From: Patescibacteria group bacterium
GTDB taxonomy: Bacteria; Patescibacteriota; Patescibacteriia; 2-01-FULL-39-33
Reading direction: 5' to 3'
Length of the DNA stretch: 64,000 nucleotides
NCBI GenBank assembly: GCA_041649655.1
Contig: JBAZMO010000001.1
Coordinates: 173 to 64,172 of the forward strand
Below the pieces are notes generated by a model. It saw only the letters and a program-made list of their open reading frames with translations, was not told the origin of the DNA and searched no databases. Of the stretch, positions 1 to 7,906 are shown piece after piece. Every line of letters starts with the position of its first letter. Positions within the stretch are counted from its first letter, which is position 1. The translations under genes and the position numbers were made by a program.

Positions 1-395
1 GATTTATTACTGTCGTATTTTAATATGGCCATGGCCTCGGCGCAAGTAAGCCATTGGCATTCCTTGTGTTCATCGCTTAATTTAATCTCCCGGGTCGGCA
101 GCTCCACGCCAAAAGAGATTTCCGGGATCATGATTATGTCGCCCCAAAGCAACCCATGGATATTGGTTGCCGGAATAGTCGTCGTCGCTGATAACCTTAT
201 ATAGTTGCAATTCCGGTCAATAGAAGCTTCTTCGAAGGCCTCGCGTTTGGCCGCTTCGAGCGCGGTTTCTTCTCCTTCGCCACCGCCGGCGATGGCTTGC
301 CAAATGCTCATATCATGCCTTTTAAAAACGGCATATAAATACTCATTTTGTTCTTTGACAAAGGGGAAAACTAGGACTTGGAAAGGGGCTCGCAT
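1..395 (-). CDS. Nudix hydrolase, C-terminus runs off the window edge
   Basis: Minus-strand translation from ATG at 395..393 gives MRAPFQVLVFPFVKEQNEYLYAVFKRHDMSIWQAIAGGGEGEETALEAAKREAFEEASI..., a canonical Nudix box GX5EX7REUXEEXGU. No in-window stop, so it is absent from the ORF track. Sits 14 nt downstream of the rSAM gene stop, suggesting an operon. Confidence 0.6.
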   Translation of the reverse strand, partial: MRAPFQVLVFPFVKEQNEYLYAVFKRHDMSIWQAIAGGGEGEETALEAAKREAFEEASIDRNCNYIRLSATTTIPATNIHGLLWGDIIMIPEISFGVELPTREIKLSDEHKECQWLTCAEAMAILKYDSNK

Positions 396-408
396 AAATT
401 TATTTAAG

Positions 409-1638
409 TTATAATCTGGGTTGATTTTTTTTGAGCGGGCATAGTGGGTCAATTGCATTAATATCTCCATATTCCCAGAGTGCTCGAGCTCGACAACCGC
501 CACGGCATTTTTTGTAAGCGGAACAGCTGCGGCAGGCGTGGTTGCCACATAATTTTACCATATCCACCGATTTGCGCCAGAGATCCAAGAAACTTGCATT
601 TTTTATATTGCCGGCCAGATAATTATCTCCGAAAAAGATACACGGGTAGAAATCTCCGGTTTGAGTGATCCAGCAAGCTTCTTTCCCGCAGTGGCAGCCG
701 AAATCATCAGGGCTGACAAACCATTTTTTGTCGTTAACTGTGTCGGGGTTGATGATTTCGATCTTGGATTTAAAATTTTTTATTTTGTCTAGAAAATTCA
801 GAAATTGATCCTGGGTGATAAGAAGATCATCATTTTCCTTAGCTCGTCCCAGCAGTAAGATCGGAGTGAACCGAATTAAATCCAATTTTAAATCCTCGAC
901 TAGCTTGATTATCTCTGCGTATTGGTTGATGTTTCTGCTGTTAATGGTAACGCGAGCGGCTAGTTTGGCCGTCTGGCAATGCCGCCTTAGTATTTTTATG
1001 CCAGCTATGGTTTTATCAAAAGTGTCGAGACCGCGGATGGACTCGTGGTTTTCCTTTAAGCCGTCAATACTGACGGTGATGGTATCAAGGTTTAGAGCAT
1101 TCAATTTTTGAGCATTCTTTTCGGTAATCAAGAGTCCGTTGGTAACAATAGAAACGGCGATGTCTTTTTGTCTGGCGTAGTCGATAACTTCAAATAGGTC
1201 TTCGCGAATCAGTGGTTCGCCGCCGCCTATAGTGATGAAAAAACAGCCGGTTTTTTGCATTTGGTCGAATAGGCGGAAATAATCTTGGGTCGTCAGCTCG
1301 TTTTCATCGGCTTGGTCGCCGGCGTTGCTCAAACAGTGTTTGCATTTAAGATTGCAGCGTTTGGTGAAATTCAAGGAAATTTTCATCGGGGAGGTCAGAT
1401 TCTGGCTTGGCGGATTATTGATAGTTATGACGTTAGATGTCAAAATACCCTTGGCGATTAAATCTTGTTTTAAAATTTCAAGCTCGGGATTATTCGTTGT
1501 CATCCCAGCGGTTAACAGTTGCTTGATGCGCGATGTTTCAAGCGGATTCAAATAGTATTCTTTCTTGTCCCTGGCGCTGTAGATTCTGGAACCGAAAAAT
1601 TCTTCAAGAAAGTATGTTTTATGGTTTGGTAGATCCAT
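409..1638 (-). CDS. radical SAM protein with C-terminal SPASM/twitch Cys-rich domain (peptide or protein maturase-like)
   Basis: CNLKCKHC (CxxxCxxC) radical SAM cluster motif about 90 aa from the N-terminus. GGGEPL glycine-rich SAM motif. C-terminal CHCG...C...CGNHACRSCSAYKKCRGGC auxiliary-cluster cysteines typical of SPASM domains. An N-terminal extension of about 90 aa precedes the core. Confidence 0.8.
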   Translation of the reverse strand: MDLPNHKTYFLEEFFGSRIYSARDKKEYYLNPLETSRIKQLLTAGMTTNNPELEILKQDLIAKGILTSNVITINNPPSQNLTSPMKISLNFTKRCNLKCKHCLSNAGDQADENELTTQDYFRLFDQMQKTGCFFITIGGGEPLIREDLFEVIDYARQKDIAVSIVTNGLLITEKNAQKLNALNLDTITVSIDGLKENHESIRGLDTFDKTIAGIKILRRHCQTAKLAARVTINSRNINQYAEIIKLVEDLKLDLIRFTPILLLGRAKENDDLLITQDQFLNFLDKIKNFKSKIEIINPDTVNDKKWFVSPDDFGCHCGKEACWITQTGDFYPCIFFGDNYLAGNIKNASFLDLWRKSVDMVKLCGNHACRSCSAYKKCRGGCRARALWEYGDINAIDPLCPLKKNQPRL

Positions 1639-1650
1639 ATTTTATATCCC

Positions 1651-1678
1651 AATATAGCACATCTAAAAAAATTGTCAA
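1651..1678 (-). promoter_or_regulatory. sigma70-like promoter for the rSAM-Nudix operon
   Basis: On the minus strand: TTGACA (revcomp of 1673..1678), 16-nt spacer, TATATT (revcomp of 1651..1656), about 12 nt upstream of the ATG at 1638. Confidence 0.45.
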
Positions 1679-1886
1679 GGGTTTATCTTTTTATGTCTTT
1701 TCAGTGTTTTTTGGCATATTTGGGGATCCTTATTTTTCTGGTATTTTTTGTATGTTATACTAATGAAATGGAAATTAGATAATACTTGCTTTTGGGGTGG
1801 GGGCGATTTTAAGAAGGCCAAGGATTTGATTCACAGCAATTATTTGTGCACCATAATCTTACGATAATTATTAAAATATAAAAAGT

Positions 1887-2282
1887 ATGGATAAAATATT
1901 TGGTATCGCCACTAAGGCAATCATCAGGAATGCGGATAATAAATTCCTAGTTATTTTTAAAAGCGAAACGGAAGATGTTAATCCTAATGAGATTGATATT
2001 CCGGGCGGACGCTTGAAATTCGGCGAAGACATCGAAGCCGGCTTAAGAAGGGAAGTCGAGGAGGAGCTGGGCATTGAGATAGAAATATTAAAGCCGTCCC
2101 GCGTTTGGAGCTTGCTTAAGGATGATTTGCATTTGGTCGGCATAACTTTTTTGGCGAATTACGTCAGCGGCGAAATAAAATTAAGCGGAGAGCATACTAA
2201 TCACCAGTGGATTGAGAAGGATGCTATTATGACTGGCGATTATCCGAAATGGATTAAGAAGGAATTCGGGGAGATTGCCTAG
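1887..2282 (+). CDS. Nudix hydrolase
   Basis: GGRLKFGEDIEAGLRREVEEELGIE Nudix box; 131 aa. Confidence 0.8.
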   Translation: MDKIFGIATKAIIRNADNKFLVIFKSETEDVNPNEIDIPGGRLKFGEDIEAGLRREVEEELGIEIEILKPSRVWSLLKDDLHLVGITFLANYVSGEIKLSGEHTNHQWIEKDAIMTGDYPKWIKKEFGEIA

Positions 2283-2415
2283 GGCTGTTGAAAATTTTAT
2301 TTGACAAAATTTAATATATGTGCTAAGATGATAAGTCAAGTAGGAGCTCATTAAAACTAGATTCAAACGCCTATTGTGTGTTATAATATAAACAAGCAAT
2401 CGAAAGGAGACGGTC

Positions 2416-2877
2416 ATGAACAATGTTTTCAGACATGTTGTCCAAATTACCATTGGTGATACGAATTTCGAAGAAACTGTTTATTGGCTGAATTATCTCA
2501 AGTGGTTCGGCCAAGCTCGAGAGCTGTTTATGCTTGAGTTTATGAAGCCGGTGATTCCCGAAGGTGTTCGGCCGCATGAGTTTTTTAAGGCGATTAATGT
2601 GAGTATTGTCACGGTTAAAGCCCAGATGGAATTCCGGCGCCCGGTTTATTTTGGCGATGTTGTTGAGGTTAGAATCCAGGTTAGTGATTTTCGCGAGAGT
2701 CGGGTGACAGTCATTTGCAATATCGTTGATCAGAAAACCGGAGAGTTGGTAGCGACAGGCAATCAGGTACTGGCTTTCGCCAATCTGGCCGGTAAGATTA
2801 TCCGGATGCCGGACGCTATCCGCGATCTGGCCAAAGAATATGAAGTCGAACCTGGCAGTACAGAAGTAAGACAATAG
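2416..2877 (+). CDS. hotdog-fold acyl-CoA thioesterase (4HBT/YbgC-like)
   Basis: 153 aa of typical size for the family; RBS AAAGGAGA at 2402..2409. Confidence 0.65.
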   Translation: MNNVFRHVVQITIGDTNFEETVYWLNYLKWFGQARELFMLEFMKPVIPEGVRPHEFFKAINVSIVTVKAQMEFRRPVYFGDVVEVRIQVSDFRESRVTVICNIVDQKTGELVATGNQVLAFANLAGKIIRMPDAIRDLAKEYEVEPGSTEVRQ

Positions 2878-2881
2878 TCCT

Positions 2882-4522
2882 ATGAATCTATTTTCCATAC
2901 CCCCATTAGCAAGTTCAGTGTTGTTTTTGCTTTTGGGGTTTTTTATTTTTTTAAGCAATAAGAAATCAAAGTTGAATCTGACGTTTTTTTTGGTCTGTCT
3001 GTCGACTTTTTGGTGGCAATTCAGTTGGTTTGTTTTGTTCAATACTGAGAATAGAAATTTAGTCGATATTATCGTCAAGGTTGGCTATATCGGCATAATT
3101 TTCATTCCGGTATTTTTTTATCATTTTTTTGTCTTATTTCTGGAAGATAATAATAAACTCGATAAGGTTTTGTTGAAAGCTGCTTATTTAATATCATTTA
3201 TTTTTCAATTGTGCCTAGTCGCCGGCAGTTGCTTCGTGAGCGGTTCTTATTTGTATTTTTTTGGTTATTACCCCCAAGCCGGCTTTGTGCATTTGATTTA
3301 CTTGTTATTTTTAGCTCTGATTCTGTTCAGGATAATTTATATTTTATCTTCTTACCTGAAGAAAAACGTTTCCAATAAGAATCTAAAGTATCATCAAATA
3401 AAATATTTGTTGCCCAGCATGGTTTTCTATGCCTCGGCCAGCGTCGATTTCAGCGCTAATTATGGCCTGGGGATTTATCCTTTTGGTTTTGTTTTTATTG
3501 TTATTTTTTCGTTAATTATAGCTTATTCTATTATTAAGTTGCAGTTACTAGATGCTAAGGCGATTGCCACTGAGATATTTGCTGTGTTTTTAACCTTAGT
3601 TTCTTTTGTCGAAGTATTTTCAGCCGGCTCTACTACGGCATTGATTTATCGCTTGATAATTTTTCTTATCACCCTGATCTTCGCCATCCTCCTGATCCGT
3701 TCCGTCTTGCAGGAAGTCCGCCGGCGCGAGGAGATGGAAGTCCTTAATAAGAAACTGAGCAAGGTTTCCAAGGAATTGGCTTCGGCCAACAAAGAACTGC
3801 GGCGCTTGGACGAATCCAAGTCGGAATTCATGTCGATTTCTTCCCATCAATTGCGCACACCTCTGACGATTATCAAGGGCTATTCATCGATGCTATTGGA
3901 AGGCAATTTCGGCAAATTATCCGCTCCGGTCAAAGACAGCATCAATAAGATTTTCATTTCCACCGAACGTCTGATCAATCTGGTCGAGAGCTTGCTTAAT
4001 ATCTCCCGCATTGAAGCCGGCCGGATCGACTTCAAGATCGAGCCGGTCGATTTGAGCGAGGTGACCAAATTGATGGTTAATGATTTCCAAGCCAAAGCTA
4101 AAGCGAAGAAACTAAAATTGGAATTCGTCGAGGATAAGAGCGTCCCCAAGGTGGCCGCTGACGCGCAAAAGATTAAAGACATTGTTTCCAACTTGATTGA
4201 CAACTCGATCAAGTATACCAAGCAGGGCGAAATCATGATCAACCTCCATCAGGAAGGCCAATCAGTGGTTTTTGCCTCCCAGGATACCGGCATCGGCATT
4301 GATCCGGAGGATTTGTCCCGGTTATTCAATAAATTCACTCGAGGCAAGGATTCGGCCAAGGTTAATACGGAGGGCACGGGCTTGGGCTTGTATTACGCCC
4401 GAGTTTTGATTGAGAACATGGGTGGCCGCATCTGGGTAGAATCGCCGGGCAAGAATCAGGGCAGCAAGTTTTCTTTCTCTTTGCCGTTGGCGGATAAGAA
4501 AATGGCGAAGAAAATTAGGTAG
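2882..4522 (+). CDS. membrane sensor histidine kinase
   Basis: Multi-TM N-terminal half. Coiled-coil linker. HisKA H-box SHQLRTPLT. HATPase_c N, G1 and G2 boxes (NLIDNSIKYT, DTGIGI, GTGLGL). Confidence 0.85.
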   Translation: MNLFSIPPLASSVLFLLLGFFIFLSNKKSKLNLTFFLVCLSTFWWQFSWFVLFNTENRNLVDIIVKVGYIGIIFIPVFFYHFFVLFLEDNNKLDKVLLKAAYLISFIFQLCLVAGSCFVSGSYLYFFGYYPQAGFVHLIYLLFLALILFRIIYILSSYLKKNVSNKNLKYHQIKYLLPSMVFYASASVDFSANYGLGIYPFGFVFIVIFSLIIAYSIIKLQLLDAKAIATEIFAVFLTLVSFVEVFSAGSTTALIYRLIIFLITLIFAILLIRSVLQEVRRREEMEVLNKKLSKVSKELASANKELRRLDESKSEFMSISSHQLRTPLTIIKGYSSMLLEGNFGKLSAPVKDSINKIFISTERLINLVESLLNISRIEAGRIDFKIEPVDLSEVTKLMVNDFQAKAKAKKLKLEFVEDKSVPKVAADAQKIKDIVSNLIDNSIKYTKQGEIMINLHQEGQSVVFASQDTGIGIDPEDLSRLFNKFTRGKDSAKVNTEGTGLGLYYARVLIENMGGRIWVESPGKNQGSKFSFSLPLADKKMAKKIR

Positions 4523-4539
4523 TATGCTAATTTATAATT

Positions 4540-4974
4540 ATGAAAACACACGTTACCGCCGGCGGGGTTCTTTATGACCCACGGCAGCAAAAAGTTTATT
4601 TGATTTACAAGAAAGAACGCGATGAATGGTTGTTGCCCAAGGGCCATATTGAAGGGGGAGAAGGAATCGAAGAGGCGGCCTTGCGTGAGATTAAAGAAGA
4701 AACCGGCTATAATGGAATTGAGTTAGTTAAGGATGGTTTACTCGGCAAGACGGAATTTGAATTTGAGTTGAATGGCGAGAAAGCTTTTAAAGTTATTTAT
4801 TATTATTTGGCTAAGTTACTAGAGGCGGATTTTAGGGAAACTAAAGAGAGAAATACTGAAGGATTAGAGGGGAAATGGTTTAATTTGCCGGAAGCAATCG
4901 AGAAGGCCAAACACGAAGACACTAAAAAATTATTAGAAAAAGTCGGGTTGTTTATCAATAGGTCAAAATTATAA
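4540..4974 (+). CDS. Nudix hydrolase
   Basis: GHIEGGEGIEEAALREIKEETGY Nudix box; 144 aa. Confidence 0.8.
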   Translation: MKTHVTAGGVLYDPRQQKVYLIYKKERDEWLLPKGHIEGGEGIEEAALREIKEETGYNGIELVKDGLLGKTEFEFELNGEKAFKVIYYYLAKLLEADFRETKERNTEGLEGKWFNLPEAIEKAKHEDTKKLLEKVGLFINRSKL

Positions 4975-5065
4975 TATGAGGAGTCCAAAAGAACGGTCGA
5001 GTGCCGGCCAAGAAATTAAAGAAACTTTACCGGTTATGGAAAAAGTAAATTCAAATCTAAATCTA

Positions 5066-5103
5066 AAAACACACCTCAGCTAAAACCGAGGTGTGTTTTT
5101 TAT
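5066..5103. terminator. bidirectional rho-independent terminator between the Nudix gene (+) and thrS (-)
   Basis: Hairpin AAACACACCTC...GAGGTGTGTTT flanked by A-run and T-run. Confidence 0.6.
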
Positions 5104-5111
5104 GACAGAGA

Positions 5112-6842
5112 TTATTTTTTTTCTTCAATTTCTTTTTTGATATTTTTTATGAAGTCCTCAATCTTGACAGCTCCGAGATCGCCCTCGATTCTTTTTCTAA
5201 CGGCGACGGTTCCAGCCGTTTGTTCTTTGTCGCCGACTACCAAGATGTAGGGCGTTTTTTGTTTTTCGGCGTTACGGATCCGTTTGCCCAGCGACTCGTC
5301 GGCGTCATCCAATTCGGCGCGCAGGCCGGCGGCTTGGAGTTCTGTTAGGATTTTTTGTCCGTAACCGTTGAATTTTTCCGAGACCGGAATAATGACCGCT
5401 TGGACGGGTGAGAGCCAAGCCGGAAAAGCGCCGGCGTAATGCTCGATCAGGACGCCCAAGAATCTTTCTAGCGATCCGTAGATGACGCGATGGATCATGA
5501 TCGGGCGTTTTTCCTGTCCGTCGGCGTCGATGTAGGCCAATTGGAAGCGTTCCGGCAGATTCATGTCGAGTTGGATAGTACCGCATTGCCAGGTGCGGCC
5601 GATGGCGTCTTTGATGTGGATGTCGATTTTCGGTCCGTAAAAAGCGCCGTCGCCCTCGTTGATTTTGTAGTCCTTGCCGGTGCCGTCCAGGGCTTCTTTC
5701 AGGCCGGCGGTCGCGGTTGCCCAGGCCTCATCGCTGCCGATGGATTTTTCCGGCCGGGTTGACAACTCCAGATGATATGACAAGCCGAAAGCGGCATACA
5801 TTTGATCGACCAGATTAAGCACGCCCAAGATCTCGTCTTTGATTTGGTCGGGACGCATGAAGATATGGGCGTCGTCTTGATGGAAGGCGCGGACGCGGAA
5901 CAATCCGGACAAAACGCCGGAGAGTTCGTGGCGGTGCACTAGGCCGATTTCGCCCCAGCGCAGCGGCAGGTCGCGGTAGGAATGCAGATCTTCTTTGTAC
6001 ATCAGCAGGCCGCCCGGGCAGTTCATCGGCTTGATGGCGAATTTTTCTTCGTCAATCGTCGTCTCGTACATGTTTTCGCGGTAATTTTCCCAGTGGCCGG
6101 AAATCTCCCAGAGGCGTTGCGACAGCATGATCGGCGTCTTGATTTCGCTGTAGCCGGCTTCGGCGTGCATTTGGCGCCAGTAAGCCAGCAGTTCATTCCA
6201 GACAGCCATGCCCTTTGGTTTGAAGAAAGGAAAGCCCGGCCCTTCGTCATGAAAGGCGATGAGTCCCAGCTCTTTGCCGAGTTTGCGGTGGTCGCGTTTT
6301 TCCGCTTCGGCGATCATTTCCAAATGCGCGGCCAATTCTTCTTTGGTTGCGAAAGCCGTGCCGTAGATCCGCTGCAGCATCTTGTTTTTTTCCGAGCCCT
6401 TCCAGTAGGCGCCGGCGATCTTCATCAATTTGAAAGCGCCAAGTTCCTTGGTGTTGTTGACGTGAGGCCCTTTGCATAAATCAGTGAAATCGCCGACAGT
6501 ATAAAAACTGACTTCCGTCGCTCCGTCAGCGGCCAAATCGCGGATCAGTTCCTGCTTATAGGGCTGTCCGGCCATTTTTTCCAGCGCCGCCTCGATCGGC
6601 AAGTCGAATTTTTCGAAGGGCAATTTTTGCTTGATGAGCTTGGCCATTTCGGCTTCGATTTTTTTCAGGTCTTCGGGAGTGAAGGTCTGTTGGCCGAGAT
6701 CGAAATCATAATAAAAGCCGTCGTCGATTGTCGGGCCGATGGCGAATTTTACCTGATTCCCGAATAGCTCTTGCACGGCGTAAGCCAGAAGATGCGAAGT
6801 GGAATGGCGGATTTCGTTGAGATTTTCTTTGGTGTTTGGCAT
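5112..6842 (-). CDS. thrS: threonyl-tRNA synthetase (no N-terminal TGS domain; begins in the editing domain)
   Basis: HSTSHLLAYAV and DLCKGPHV editing-domain zinc motifs. Class II aaRS motifs 2 and 3. C-terminal anticodon-binding domain. 576 aa. Confidence 0.95.
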   Translation of the reverse strand: MPNTKENLNEIRHSTSHLLAYAVQELFGNQVKFAIGPTIDDGFYYDFDLGQQTFTPEDLKKIEAEMAKLIKQKLPFEKFDLPIEAALEKMAGQPYKQELIRDLAADGATEVSFYTVGDFTDLCKGPHVNNTKELGAFKLMKIAGAYWKGSEKNKMLQRIYGTAFATKEELAAHLEMIAEAEKRDHRKLGKELGLIAFHDEGPGFPFFKPKGMAVWNELLAYWRQMHAEAGYSEIKTPIMLSQRLWEISGHWENYRENMYETTIDEEKFAIKPMNCPGGLLMYKEDLHSYRDLPLRWGEIGLVHRHELSGVLSGLFRVRAFHQDDAHIFMRPDQIKDEILGVLNLVDQMYAAFGLSYHLELSTRPEKSIGSDEAWATATAGLKEALDGTGKDYKINEGDGAFYGPKIDIHIKDAIGRTWQCGTIQLDMNLPERFQLAYIDADGQEKRPIMIHRVIYGSLERFLGVLIEHYAGAFPAWLSPVQAVIIPVSEKFNGYGQKILTELQAAGLRAELDDADESLGKRIRNAEKQKTPYILVVGDKEQTAGTVAVRKRIEGDLGAVKIEDFIKNIKKEIEEKK

Positions 6843-6995
6843 ATATTTGTTAGCTACAATATACTCTTTTCCGGCCTAATCGTAAAGGTCTTGACAGAAT
6901 TAATCTTTTTTATTAGAGTTGACTTAATATCAACAAGTTCTTTAAAGCTTAACTGGTGTTTTGTTATTATCAGACAACCAAGAGGAGGCAGAGTT

Positions 6996-7820
6996 ATGGA
7001 AGCACCAGCAGGAAGGGCGGAGGGATTACTTGAAGGGATCTTGAATCTTGATCTTCTGATTACTGGTTCGAATAAAATGATTAAAAAATGGCAAAAAGTC
7101 AGAAGTGAAAAATTGAAGTTGTTGGCTGAAGAAGTCAGGGCCGGCAATTCAACGGGAAATCCGCTTGTTGATTTTGTGGTGCTTCATTCCGGTTTGATCG
7201 GAGATCAGGATATTGCCGATGGACCGGTGGCGGAGTATGTCAAAGAGTTGTACGACCGTTGCAGCCGGGCGAAAGATGAGCCCGTGCTTGTCGTCCGGCG
7301 GGAAATTAAAATAGATGATTTCCGCCCGCGTTATTTTTCGGAGTCGTGCGGTTTGACCGAAGACGGATTAGTGGTGAGCGGACAGCGTAGTTTTGTGCCG
7401 CCGCCGACACATCGGTCTGTCAATTATCTTGTTAGCTTTGGCGTTCTCAGTGACTCGGGATTATTTTTTGATTTGGACGAGAAAAAAGCATACCTTCTTT
7501 CCGACAGTTGGAGTATGGTTAATAGTGCCGATGGTATTGTCAAACCATCGCCGTCAGCCGTGGTTCTTGGTGATGGCAGCCAGGAATTGGCTTTGCCGCC
7601 GCTTGCCAATTTGATTATGGCAAAATCTAATCCCGGCTGTTCCCCGCATTGGTCAGTGGTGGTCGGATGTCAGGCGGTTAAAGATTGGGTGTCTGATTGC
7701 GAAGATTTTCGAATTCACGGTGTGTTATCCAAATGGTTTAAATTGCACTTTGATGCTGAGGAAGAGTCGGAGCCGGAAAAAGATCCGCCGGCTGACAATC
7801 ATTATTCTCCCTCTGATTAA
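6996..7820 (+). CDS. hypothetical protein
   Basis: ATG at 6996 preceded by RBS AGAGGAGG (6981..6988). The ORF-track start at 6771 is a TTG overlapping thrS and is rejected. Confidence 0.5.
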   Translation: MEAPAGRAEGLLEGILNLDLLITGSNKMIKKWQKVRSEKLKLLAEEVRAGNSTGNPLVDFVVLHSGLIGDQDIADGPVAEYVKELYDRCSRAKDEPVLVVRREIKIDDFRPRYFSESCGLTEDGLVVSGQRSFVPPPTHRSVNYLVSFGVLSDSGLFFDLDEKKAYLLSDSWSMVNSADGIVKPSPSAVVLGDGSQELALPPLANLIMAKSNPGCSPHWSVVVGCQAVKDWVSDCEDFRIHGVLSKWFKLHFDAEEESEPEKDPPADNHYSPSD

Positions 7821-7906
7821 TTGATAACCAAGTGCAAATCGTTCTTTCATACGCAGGTCTTCGGATCTGCTTTTTTTTGCGTTCAACTTGCGTTAGACGC
7901 TTAATT

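Noticed and set aside
205-414. 69-aa plus-strand ORF
   Set aside because: It lies antisense to the well-supported minus-strand Nudix gene (1..395). It has no RBS and a low-complexity product (SPSPPPAMA), so it is likely an antisense artefact.
1640-1880. RiPP precursor peptide next to the rSAM/SPASM gene
   Set aside because: Only an 8-aa ORF (MPKNTEKT) and no Cys/Gly-rich small ORF with an RBS was found in this interval on either strand. This is not excluded upstream of the window edge.
5305-6479. Several 75-165-aa ORFs antisense within thrS (5305..5586, 5490..5762, 5982..6479, 6023..6250, 6247..6477)
   Set aside because: They are fully contained in a high-confidence conserved gene on the other strand. 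Their products are Arg/Pro-rich, typical of antisense frames of GC-rich coding sequence, and carry no start signals.
6771-6995. N-terminal 75-aa extension of the 6771..7820 ORF
   Set aside because: It uses a TTG start and overlaps the 3' end of thrS on the opposite strand. A clean ATG with the AGAGGAGG RBS at 6996 is the more plausible start.
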